From Tubiluchus corallicola (taxonomy: Eukaryota > Animalia > Priapulida), in the NCBI GenBank assembly GCA_030141605.1, contig JAQGDQ010000142.1, forward strand, positions 62,001 to 126,000: 64,000 bases of DNA. The letters are read 5' to 3'. Numbering within the stretch: the stretch's first letter is position 1; each line of letters begins with the position of its first letter. The notes under the pieces are model-generated. The model saw only the letters and a list, made by a program, of their open reading frames with translations, was not told where the DNA came from and did not search any database. Of this stretch, positions 51,628 through 64,000 are shown piece by piece. The translations under genes and the position numbers were made by a program.

Positions 51628-52921
51628 CGCGCACGTATGTCGAGTATAAGCCGGTTTAGAAATTACGATGTCAATTGTCAAATTGTCAACCTGAAATAAT
51701 TAATTGCTCCGTAAAAACCTCAAAGTTTAACCTAGTTCATCACTTCCTACAATTTACACAGCAACACAACAGGCAAAGCTGTCTTTACTTGCAACTTACA
51801 ATGTATGGTCAGTCACACGCCTTTGGTACAATTTTATGTTATATAAGAGGGCGTGAGACTGGCATAATATTACTGGCTATTAAATCGTTACATGCAGAAA
51901 TAAATAAGTTAAGATTTCAAGCTGTAATTTAAATTGTGGTCTTGCATCAGTACCCGCAATGGATGGTTTCCGTTTTCAACCAAAAACTCTGTAATGCGTT
52001 TCATGCTGTTTTCGTTTCCACGTCCCTAATATTATAGCCTTAGATTTTAATAAATTTATCAATTATAAATGTTGCAACATTACTTACATTCTTCGTGGCC
52101 CTAGTGGGCATGACGTATACGATCGTATGTTATTTTTCTCCGTTTTTTTGCTTTAAAATCGCCATTTGGGGCAATAAATTTCTAGCTGACATCATAGAAA
52201 AGAGATTAGTTGTGGGCTCGTGGCGTTACGCGCGCGTATCAGAAGCTAACAGCATTATTTACCGAGTGCACAAGCAACAGCAGTTAAATGATAAAAAATA
52301 TTATATATGAAGCAGTTTAAAAACCCGCATGTCTGATCTTCGTAAAAGTAAAGATTTACACATATTGCATATTTACGTCACTGCGACTGCGCCAGCCTGT
52401 GTGGCGTGTATAACTGTTTAGCTTAATGGTTTATCTTTAGTTATGGAATTATAAACTGGGTTACTAACTCACAAGAGGCTTTTCTACGTGTATAATACCA
52501 AACAGGGTGAAAATTCATTTTGATTTTGAACTGTTATGAGAACTTTTCGTGACAAAACACATCGTTTCCAACAAAAGCAAAGTTCTGACTAGCAGGGTGT
52601 TTCTAAGTATGAAGATTTAGTCATCGTAGTAATAATTAACCGAATTTTGACATAGATTTAATGATAATGTTTACAGCGAACAACACTTTTCGCCCTGAAG
52701 CAGTATTAAAGTTATTATTGACCTACACTAAACGAACGCATCAAATCACATCTAATTCTGGTCTGTGGTTTTATCTGGGCTCATGGTCATGGAAATCTCA
52801 TGCTACTCGTACTTGCAGAGTTGTTTGTTTTAAACGGTTGGTGATAACAGGTAGCAATTAAAAACAACGTTTATCAGAAGGAATTTACAATTCTCCACGG
52901 AATTTAAATACTCTAAACATA

Positions 52922-52983
52922 TCCCTAACCCTAACAGCAACCTTAACTCTAATCCTAATCCTAACCCTAATCCTAATCCTAAC
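52922..52983. repeat. Degenerate (CCCTAA/TCCTAA)n telomere-like hexamer array, ~10 units
   Basis: ccctaaccctaac...ctctaatcctaatcctaaccctaatcctaatcctaac. Confidence 0.8.
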
Positions 52984-55352
52984 TTCTTGTATGTTGGAAT
53001 TGTAAACTTTAGCCCATTCATCTATCATCACTGTTTGTGTTTCTAAACGACGTATTTTTAATCTTAAAACTAAAAATTTCAGTCTTTTAAGGGCAAATTA
53101 TTTAAACTTTAACTAACTTGAACGAGGCAAACGCTCTACTAGCTATGTCATTCAGAAATGTGACAAAAGTTTGCTGCAGTAATCTCTGGTATGATTCACA
53201 ACATTCTTTAGTCGTTGTAAGTGCCTGTTATTGACAGGCCAGTTTACTACAGTTTTTGCAAATTTACAAATTTATAGACATTTCAGGTGGCGAAGCAGCT
53301 GTCTACGTGGTGCGAAATTGTCTGGAATATAAATATACAATAATTAAAATAATGATGAATTGAATTAACAGTATTGACAAAAATTGACTCTTTTTTAATG
53401 ATTCTTGGTTGCAGCTGCGTTGTGAACAGTAAACGGTCTTTGTCGAGGTTTATCAACAAATATTGAACTTTCTTTGTTTGCTTGTCCATGTCACCAACCA
53501 TCCAACTTTTGTGTCAGTTCATTCTTTTAAGCATTTAGAATGTAATTTATAATAAATAATTTATGAGTAATGATTAATTTATTTATAATTTGTTTTTGAT
53601 TTATTTACATTTATAACAACAATTGAGACTTTCACGTTTCATTCGTATCATTCACTACATATCTCAGTGTCTGGTATCATGCCCTAAACTCATAGGCCTA
53701 ATAATGAGTGGTGTCGGACGTGAATGTACTGGTCAGCCTAAATTTAAATTTCGTTTTTTAGATGGTCCAAAACTGGCTAGAGCAAATTCTGGAACTATGA
53801 GCGATATCAACTATGAAACTTCTAGGTTTTCTTTTCTTACGGTAAGAACCATGAATTGTATAATATTAAATTACTAGTCTTGTTTTATTCTTGCAGTTCT
53901 TCATTCCGTCGATAGATGGCAGCACGATAATTATTAAGTGAATTTTCTGTTCATCTAATTCTAAAAACCTTGCAAAAAACCACCTGACAGAGCAAAAACA
54001 ACTTGGATAGCTAAGATAAATAAAGACGTCCAACAACTTCAACCAAATATAGCTTTATTAGCAGAAGAACTTACGCTGTTAGATGCAGATAGGAGTGGGT
54101 GGAATGCCGTGATAAATGTTAATGCCTCAATGTCTACAACAGACGGAATGAAACTTTGAAGAAGAAATTCTAAAGCATGTAAGAAAACTATAGATAATTA
54201 AAATACACAAGCAGTACTGAGAAAAATATTTCCATTTCCGTGATTTTTTATTACAGAAAGTTCTTTTATTCATTTTAAAATGTTACATACTACTCGTTTG
54301 CTCAGTTTATCAGGCAAGTCATACAAGACGGCTGCAAACTCTTAGCGTCTAACGTCCACTGATTTTGTATTTTATAATGTTTGAAATCTGTCAATATATT
54401 AGTGCCAGCCCATACTCAAATATATAAGATGTACCCGCCATACTCTTGGTATTTTCGTATTGAACTAACAACATTTGTATTCATGTAACGAAAGTTTAGA
54501 GTAGTAACAAGGGCAACAGCGGTGGTCGCCGCGGCGGCAGCAGCAGCAGCAGCATCATCAACAGTTGAAGCTACTGAACCTACTTTAGTAACTGGTGTCC
54601 AGGCAAGATTTTCCAACTTTTATATTTTAGCTACATCTTTTATCCTATTTACGTCACTTGCTTTTCTCTCCTCGGTTATTACAAGTTTATCTTTTAATTT
54701 TGTACTTTTTGGCAATTATTAATAATCTTGTAAATGCGAGTGAGTTATCAATAATTATCTCATGACAATTCAGTTACACAATGTTGATAAGAATGATATT
54801 CTTTCAAATACTGCCACCATGATCAAGACTTAGTAAATTAATAAAAATTAACTTTATGACTGTCAAAAATCTTATACCGTTGATGTTACGCGAATATCAT
54901 CCAATCACTATATGTACTTATGTACTTATAGTCTATATGGTCTATATGTACTTATAATTTCTTTTTTTGTCTGTCATTATATGTTTATTATATTTTGTTG
55001 TGTAAATGCATCGTAGAACAGGGCAACTAACTCGATGACCTTTGGTCATTCGTTGCCCCTTTTTCTTTTTTTTAAATTAAGTCAAATTATTTCACTGTAT
55101 TTCGCCTTTTCATTTCGTGTTATTGTATTTTTTCTATAAAGAGAAAAATAAATGAAATTAGCTCAAACCAATCGATCAATATTGTCACGCGAGTTTTTGT
55201 ATGATATTATCTATCTGGCTGCCTGCTTGAATGTACAGCTTTCAGCTTGCCTGTTTTTTGTGTTTGACTGTCTGTCAGTCGATTGATTGGTTCACCCATC
55301 CGTCTTTTCGTCCATCTGTTCGTCCATTTATCCTTCATCTGTTAACCTATCT

Positions 55353-55353
<1 letters not shown>

Positions 55354-55431
<78 letters not shown>
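55354..55431. repeat. (TAA)n microsatellite
   Basis: Directly visible. Confidence 0.95.
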
Positions 55432-55432
<1 letters not shown>

Positions 55433-56584
55433 TTTATTTAAGGTGGATGACACTTTAGCCGTGGATTGGTTATATCTTAAGTAGTGCACAAATTGTCTAC
55501 CTATATAGTAGAATATAGAGCCGGTTTATAGGGCTTATGCTATTTCTTCATGAATTTTTTCTCTGGTCTACTCATATCTCACATACATAATTATATCCAT
55601 TATATTTAATCTGTTATTGCAAAAATAGTTTTTAAGCAAGTCAAAGTTCTTTCACCACGAATTTTTTTGGTGCGGTATTCTTAACTTAATGGTTGCGTAA
55701 TAATTGCCAAAATTATCATAGAAAATAAAAATGCTTTGTTGATTTCTAATGTTTACTGTTTAAATTTATACAATTCTAATTATAACAAGTACTTGCAGAT
55801 GGTTTAAAAGTTCTTGCTATCCAAAAAACGAGATGTTTTTAAATTTCATTAGCTTCTATCGGTTCAACAATGTATGATTGTCTAACCCTGCAAAAGCATT
55901 TCCGTACATTATGCGCCAGCGCTCTACATAGTCTTTGCCTTATTAAGATGCTTAATAAGCTAACAGATATTTATTTGAATAATGTAGATGTTATCAAAAT
56001 TTAATGTAGACTATATGAATTATTTCATTTCTCATAATTATCATAAATTAATTCCCAATATTTCTACAACTTACAATTTTATGGTATATTTTGTCAATTT
56101 CAATTATGTATGAATGTCAGCTGCTTATATTGACGTAGTCTATAGTATCAATATTATACTAGTCATAGTATTATGTTGTATACACTGCCAGCGACAGTTG
56201 ACAATGTAAATGTCCTTAGGAAGTAATCAATGCCATCTAGATGTCTAGCTCGCAGCATACAATGAGAAGATTTCGCGTGTTTTCAAGGTTTGCGTTACGA
56301 AATTAGTTGCGTATTAAAGGTGCTTATTGAAAGCTTTGCAGATGTAAGATGTAGTAGATTGATTCAAAAGTTTATTGAACATTTAAATGATAGAATTTGC
56401 CGTTCGATTACACTAGGATTCAGAATAGAGAACCATGATAACCAATATAACTAGGGTGAATTGAAAACTCGCTTCTCGATTGCCCATCCAGGAATATAGC
56501 CTGAAAAAATCGCTCGTTCGGATGTCGAATGTAAAATTTAATACCAAAGGTTTCATCTCCATATTCTTTAACCATTAAACGCGT

Positions 56585-56895
56585 TTCTGTCTCTGCCTCT
56601 ATCTCTGTCTCTGTCTCTATCTCTATCTCTATCTCTATCTCTATCTCTGTCTCTGTCTCTGTCTCTGTCTCTGTCTCTGTCTCTGTCTCTGTCTCTGTCT
56701 CTGTCTCTGTTTCTGTCTCTGTGTTCGTCTCCGTCTCCAACTCCAACTCCAACTCCACTTCCAGCTCTACCCCCTATCCCTACCTCTAACTCTACCTCTA
56801 CCTCTACCTCTACCTCTATCTCTACCTCCATTTATATCTGTAATTCTCTATCTCTGTCTTCATTTCCAATCTCTATGTCTGTTTCTGTCTCTATC
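56585..56895. repeat. Compound hexamer microsatellite (TCTCTG/TCTCTA/ACTCCA/CCTCTA)
   Basis: Directly visible; it explains the ET/RD-repeat ORFs. Confidence 0.9.
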
Positions 56896-57600
56896 TTAAT
56901 AAAAGACGAGTAGATGAGGAAACGAATGAATGAATGAAAGTGAATGAATGAATACAACTATTAGTCTGGTGTGTTAGCCGAAAAAGGGGACTGACTGGAT
57001 ACAGCTAGACTCCATCATGGGCCAATAGGAAATCGGCCATTTGCTACAAGAATTTTGTGTTTAAGTTGTCCGACAAGGGCAGTGATGACGTCATCTGAAC
57101 CCCTGTACCATGCACCAAATTAGATAATCATAATTTTTTGTCATATATGCTAACTTACATTCAGTCTGAGTGTGTCTCCCCATTTCATCAAAATTTGGTC
57201 TTAACAGACTGGATTATATATATGAGTGAAGGAATGGACGAGTGAAAGAGACTGAATGAATAAATGAGTAAATGAATGAATAAACAAAACCGGAAAAAGC
57301 AAAATGTATCAATTTCATGTGACACAAGGTACGTCTGATTCTGTTTGGACACAACACTACGTGAGATTGATGTACCCTTGGAGAAATGTAAGCGAACACA
57401 AGCGCTTGTTAAATATTGACCTAGATGTAGCTGTAATATATCTACTGCTTTGTTGTCTCGCGTGCTTTACAGGCATTTTATAATTACAATGAGATAAAAA
57501 CTACGTAGATTATTCCAGTTTTTTGTTGACAAAATTGATTGGAGAATGGTACTGCGACTGCTGAAGATTAGACGTTATTTGCGATAAACATTGAAGTGGG

Positions 57601-57790
57601 GTGTAGTCGAGTGGTCATGGTATATGGTTAACGGCCGACTTAAGCAACACGGGATAGGTCAGTAAGTGGATGGGTGACTATCGTGTTCAATACTCACTTC
57701 GGGAAGTTTTATTTACCATACCTATTCGTTTTGTCTGTTTTATCTCACTAAGAAAGGATGTAGTCATATCTGAACGTGGATAAGACACCT
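57601..57790 (+). mobile_element. 5S rRNA-derived SINE-like element, copy C
   Basis: TAGTCGAGTGGTC (A-box-like), then TTAAGCAAC-N8-GGTCAGTAAGTGGATGGGTGAC. The body shares tttgtctg...taagaaaggat.tag...aacgtg with copy D. Confidence 0.7.
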
Positions 57791-58159
57791 GTGTTTCGTT
57801 TCAGTGTCTGATTTTAGAGGACATTCATAAAGTTCCAATCTTGTCATAATCATATTCCAGAGTACTGGAAACCGATGAGAACTTGCAGTATGCAAATTGT
57901 ATTAAAATTGTCTTATCTGGACTTTTATTATCTGGACCATTGGAGCAAAAGCTGAGTGACCCAGGAAGTGACGTACCAAAAACTGACTAATGACTTGACC
58001 AGGACGTGTGTCATTTTCCGTCCGTCCCCACCGCGAAATAGCGCTTGATCTTACAAAACACCTATACGAAGATTTTCAGTGATTTTCACAGACTGATAAG
58101 TTTAAGTCACTCGAAGTGCAATCAAGAACATTGTTTGATTTAACTGCTTCTGCGAAAAC

Positions 58160-58636
<477 letters not shown>

Positions 58637-59029
58637 CGGTAACCTTTAATTAAAAAATCTATAAAAATCGAGTGTTTGTGACAGTGGCTGCCATTTATTA
58701 AAAGTTTATAACCTCTGACGAACAACTGACAACTTCTTTGATTTCTTCATGAAATTTTCAAAAAGAGACTTGAATCCTTTGATGTTTTAGCGCTTATAAG
58801 TGTTGTTTTAGTAGCATACGAAATTTTAAGAAAGATTAAATATCTTAATTTGGACGATTTGCACAAGAAGTTAGGTAAGACTTAAACGTTTTCGAGATTA
58901 CTGATTTTGAACTGTAATTGCGACAGGTATAAATGTTGTCATCGTCCTTACAGGAATTTTAAATTTGGCAAAGATTTAGCCAAACGACCTTAACCTGGTT
59001 AATTTATTATAACCTAAGCAAACCTGACA

Positions 59030-59135
59030 CCTAACCTAACCTAACCTAACCTAACCTAACCTAACCTAACCTAACCTAACCTAACCTAACCTAACCTAAC
59101 CTAACCTAACCTAACCAAACCAAACCTAACCTAAT
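59030..59135. repeat. (CCTAA)n = (TTAGG)n pentamer array, ~17 perfect units then degenerate
   Basis: Directly visible; it decays into related pentamers up to ~59520. Confidence 0.95.
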
Positions 59136-60712
59136 CTAGTCTAGCCTGCCTAAGCTAACTTAATCTCACAGCTTACAGCTCAGCTCAGCTTACAGCTTAA
59201 CTTACAACTCAGCTCAGCTTAGCTCACCTATACTAACTTGCCTAACCTAACCTAGTTTAACATACTCCGCCCTAGCATAACCTAAACTACCCTTATAATA
59301 ACTTAACGTAGCCTAATCTTACCTAATAAACTTTAACCTAACCTAACCCCACTCAACGCCATCACCAGGCAAGATAAATCAACCAACATAAGCTAGTCCA
59401 ACGCTGCCCAGCCAATTCCAATTCAACTTAGCGTAACAGTGTAACTTAACTTACAAGTACAATTTAAAACCTGCCCAGACGGCTAATCCTAGATCTATCT
59501 AATCTAAGTTAATCTAACCTTACGGGATTAACTTTGAAAAAGCTAGCAAAAGTTTCATTATTGATAGTCAGCAGCTTTCATTTTATTTAAGCAAGCTTTT
59601 TGCTTAGACTGTTTATGAGATTCAAATTACAATACTCATAAAAGTCGCGGTAACATTTCAGCTTGTTGTTGACATTATGCATTTTGTATTTAACATGCTA
59701 AATGATAAACACGGTTTTACATCTGATATGTCTAAACCCCTTTACTTACATGTACATGGAACCGCCATTTATATTGATACTGCAGCAGGTAGCAATATCC
59801 GCCTATTTACTGCACTTTCATTTATTTTTAATGTAGAACTCCAACAGACTAGCTGGTTGATTAAAAAAGAACATCGCAAAGGTTAACAACAACCTGAATC
59901 GTCAAAGTACTCTTTAAGAGCTAGACTTGCAGGGTGTCTATGTCATAATACTGACTCGCAATTAACCGATAAACTGCAAAGAATTGATTTAAACATGTAT
60001 GGAATCAAGGCACCATGGTTCTACTTTACCTTTCAGAATTACTGGAACATGTAACTTAATTACCGTAGTCATTAGCAGTCATTAACATAGAGGTTAGCAA
60101 ACAGAGGTGAGGAACACGCATGCGCCATGCAAATGATTTTTCCAGTTAACTTGTAATACCTAGTTCCACCTCTAGATTAGCTCCACTCAGCGTCTAATGG
60201 CATTTTCCAAATCTGCGCAGTACCTCGATGCTGCTCTGGATTCGCCCCAAACAGCTCTTGTTTACAAGCTGATTGTGCATTATTTAATAACGTAACGCAG
60301 CAATTAACCTTATTCATGGCGTCCGCGTGATTCATCTAATTTACTCTACTTTGGATGGTAACATTAATAACGATTCTGACACGCAGAGCTACGACATTGT
60401 TACCTCGCACATGCACAGCTTGCGGACGCTCTAATGTATGCCGATGATTGTCGCTTTATACTAAATGACATTCCCTGGCATCACTTTGCTTTATTCAATA
60501 AAAGATGGCGGCCGCGGTGCACGTAGTATAGAGAAGAGAAAATGATAGCATGAATATCCATAATGAAATCTGCCATGCTAAAATTTAATTGGATAACGTA
60601 CTTCCAGAGTAATACGAAAATGTGCTGTTGTTCGTTAACTTGCAATAGTAAAGACTACAGTTGGTTGTTATTTAATTTTTCTATGTGCATTAATACATAA
60701 TATTCTAGTAAA

Positions 60713-60950
60713 TGGTTGAGTGGTCACGGAGTTAAGCAACAAAAAGTCAAAAGACAAAACCAAAGACAAGATTTGTTTACCGTCGCTTATTTAACAGATA
60801 ATATGAGTACTAATTTAGTGACTTAAAGTCAAACTAGTAAATGGATGTCTGGACACAGAAAAACCGCTTCTCACCAGCTTTGTCTGCCAAACTGACCATT
60901 CTATTACAGCCGTTAAGAAAGGATATAGAATTACCCAAACGTGATTAATA
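60713..60950 (+). mobile_element. Degenerate/interrupted copy D of the 5S-derived SINE-like element
   Basis: TGGTTGAGTGGTC..GAGTTAAGCAAC at 60713-60741, agtaaatggatg at ~60836, and body motifs shared with copy C. Confidence 0.5.
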
Positions 60951-63644
60951 TATCGCTCATGATCGCTGCCTGTTGAATGTGTTATTTCAGAAAATTATCC
61001 TCGACAATTAACAAGGTTTAGATCTTATCACTTCGAACATATTAGTGCCAGCGTGCGGTTCTGCGTCAAATGCTGGCTTCAAATTTGCAGTGTGCCGAAA
61101 GGTTTAAAAAATTTCAAGCGCAGGAGTCTTCGAAAAATGTTAAATGAGCACAAGCTGCTAAAAGAGCGGAAAACACAGATAACTAATGAATTTTACATTC
61201 ATTATCAGAATTTTAAATGTGAGTTAAGTGGGTGAAGACGAACTTCGAAATAAATTAAATTTCAGAAACAATTGAAGCCAGATTTTAAGGGTCTTGCCCA
61301 GGGTTTTTTCCGGACAATCAGATGGCTTAACTTCCTGGGCTGACAAGCCCCATTTTTTGCTTTCTACCATTTTTTGCTTTATTTTTTCAAAAGAAGTGTC
61401 TAAGTACATTTTAGTAACATACTTTGTCACCGAGTTACAATCAAAAACGTAAAAAAGGGTGTCCTAACCAATAATCTAAATCGGAGAACAAAAATGCATT
61501 TTTTGGAAGAATGCATACATACGAGCATTTATAATCCTTAAAGTAGCTATAAGAATGTCGAAACTGCAAAACTAGCATTTGGTGGACGTGTCAAAAACCT
61601 CATTTTTGGCGTTTTGCAATGTCAATTCTAAACGCCAAAAGTGCGCGCATCGAAATTGATCGCATCTAGCATTCGTATCCCTGGATCACGCAGCTTCCCT
61701 GCCTCCCTGGCATACGCAAGACATTAAGCATACTTTTGTTCAACGCACTGCAACAATAGATATCAGTGAGAGACTTACATTAGTGTTTTTGAGTCATTCT
61801 GTGTCGCTAGAGAAAAGTGAATAAGTTATGCGAAATTCTATCAAGAAAGTGCTACCTTGCATACTAATGATATGTTATTTTTAACGTGACATGAAGTATT
61901 GTTATAAGAATCTTTAGTTGGCCAGTTTCGTTTTGCATACAGATCAGATGCGATGCTTTATTTGGTACTTTTTTTTCGTAAAAATTGTGAGATACCTGAC
62001 TAAAAAATGTACTGTGAACAAAGCGGACAAAACCATGAATTACACAGTTGCCTGTATCATTAGTCCGGTATTTCGAGAACTTTGCTATCATCTGCCAACT
62101 TAAGCAAAACTTTTTTGTTCTTTCTAAATGGGTCAATACATATTTGTTGTAGTGGGACATTATTATAATCTTATACGTCCGTGTAGTAGAAAAAACTAAA
62201 AAAAGAAACTAGACTATTTCTTTTTTTTATTTTATTAGATTAAGTTTGGTCTTCAGGAATTCTCACAATTTTAGTTCAATTACGAATAAATTTATAGTGC
62301 TTTCGTTTTTCATATTTTTTAACTTTGATACGCTGCTATATCATATAGCATGATGAAATTGTGGAAGAAGCTTTGTTAAACTTCTCCTTTTGCGTTGGCC
62401 AGTATAAACTAAAAGAATAACTGTATATTAGTAGAAGTTGTAATTACATTTATTTTAACGCAATTTTGCTCGAAGTGGTGCTGCCCAACGTCCAGCTCTC
62501 TCTGTATGGCATATAAAGATTTCCATTAAAGATTTCTGCGAGTTCCTGAAATTATACATAAAAGCTACAAGATCATCTTTGTCCTACTAGACCTGATGAA
62601 AATTTGACTAACTTCAATAACTGAAATCTCAAAAGCTTTCTTGTTTAAACCACGCAAAACTATTAACAAATTTTTTGAGAGAAATGTACACAAATCATTA
62701 TTGTAGAAAAAACAAACAAACACAGTAGTTAATTAACTTGCGATGAAGTCGATTTTGGGATGCTGCATCTGTAATGTTTCCTTTACTAAAAGTTTGTCAA
62801 TTTATTATCTCTTGCGGGCTTATCGAATCAGAATTTGTGTATCTAATTTGGGAAGCCCACAGAAAAAAAATAATGGATGGTAAAAATAATTTGCTTTTTG
62901 TTTTTATAACATATCTGTAGGTAAAAGAGCAAATATAACTGCACGATCCGTATAATTTCGATTTGTGCGGTGAATGTTTTGAAAACGGCGACCATTTTTG
63001 AAATCGAAAATATCAAAACCGGATTTTTTAGATCCAACTACCCCAGAATAGATGTCATAGTCGTTTTTTAATATTAATTTCTGGAAATTCTTTTAATTTA
63101 TATTGTTTACGTAAAAAATTGGCGGCCACTACTTTTTCCCGTTTTTGCTAATCTTTTAAGCTGGCAACAACTTTTTTCGGATTCAGCATAGTCAAATTGA
63201 TAAGACTGGCTATGTAAATTTCTTATAGAACTGTTATTGAACTTTGTATAAGCACCTTTTCAGAATTTTCTTCTAGTCTGTAAGAGATGTGTTCATCATT
63301 TCATTGCTAACAGCAAGTCAACTTTTTTGAAATTTGTTCGTTACCTCTACGTCACGTTTAGTTTACTTTGTTATTAATGAGTACACAATTGTGTTAATGT
63401 ATTCTTTCTTATACTTTGTATATGCTAGACACCATACAAACTGCAGTTCAGTAATTTTTGTCAGACGTAATCACCCCCGGTCCACCAGTGAAAAAAACCT
63501 ACTCACCATTATCAATAACGGGCGCAGTTTCCAAGTAGTGTAATGTTTTTATGATTTTCTGAGTAGCGTCACGTGTTTTATTCTTACTGGAATTAACGGG
63601 TTTCATTATTACTATAACATGAATTGCGAGTGATGTGCACTGCC

Positions 63645-63797
<153 letters not shown>

Positions 63798-64000
63798 CAG
63801 GGCACTATAAACTGGCAAGCTTAGTTCTTAGTTAACCTTGTAAAATTTACAGCTATTAGGCGCTCTTAAAGAGCAACTCACACTCAAATGTACGGCTAAT
63901 TAACACCAGTTTATTAGCGCTTTTCCCGGTACTCAAGGTTGGTTTCATCGCTAATGTCGATCTTTTTATCCCTTCAGTGCAGAGTAGTAAATGTTTCTAA

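Noticed and set aside
53118-53501. Possible minus-strand exons or decayed RT/transposase (LINLDKDRLLF; YQRLLQQTFVTFLNDIASRAF)
   Set aside because: Only a vague resemblance; no catalytic motif, and I could not build a consistent spliced or continuous frame.
55432-56300. Possible 3' end of a minus-strand LINE ending in the (TAA)n tract
   Set aside because: The tail-plus-AATAAA layout is suggestive, but no convincing RT C-terminal translation was recovered by eye.
62940-63230. Transposon-like segment (ggcgaccattttg / aaaattggcggcc)
   Set aside because: Looks repeat-derived, but no termini or second copy within the window to support a call.

Overview
AT-rich, intron-containing animal (non-vertebrate, by inference) genomic DNA. 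The first ~37 kb holds four spliced genes, which I reconstructed by hand from GT-AG sites and reading frames. (1) The 3' part of a SPEN/split-ends orthologue on +, with one giant exon of at least 8.76 kb plus three SPOC-domain exons. (2) A complete 8-exon acetyl-CoA hydrolase/transferase (ASCT/4-hydroxybutyrate CoA-transferase-like, 477 aa) on -. (3) An uncharacterised protein of more than 715 aa with an atypical C-terminal MYND finger on +, head-to-head with gene 2. (4) MRPL47 on -. The remaining ~27 kb has no recognisable coding gene; it holds microsatellites, telomere-like arrays, MITEs and SINE-like pieces. I found no clear-cut new multi-gene system. The best leads are a SINE-like family with a tRNA-type A box fused to a 5S rRNA internal promoter, the orphan MYND protein with WH2/thymosin-like repeats, a 155-bp hairpin behind MRPL47, and short linear motifs in the SPEN disordered region. 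All homology calls rest on recalled family motifs, not database searches.
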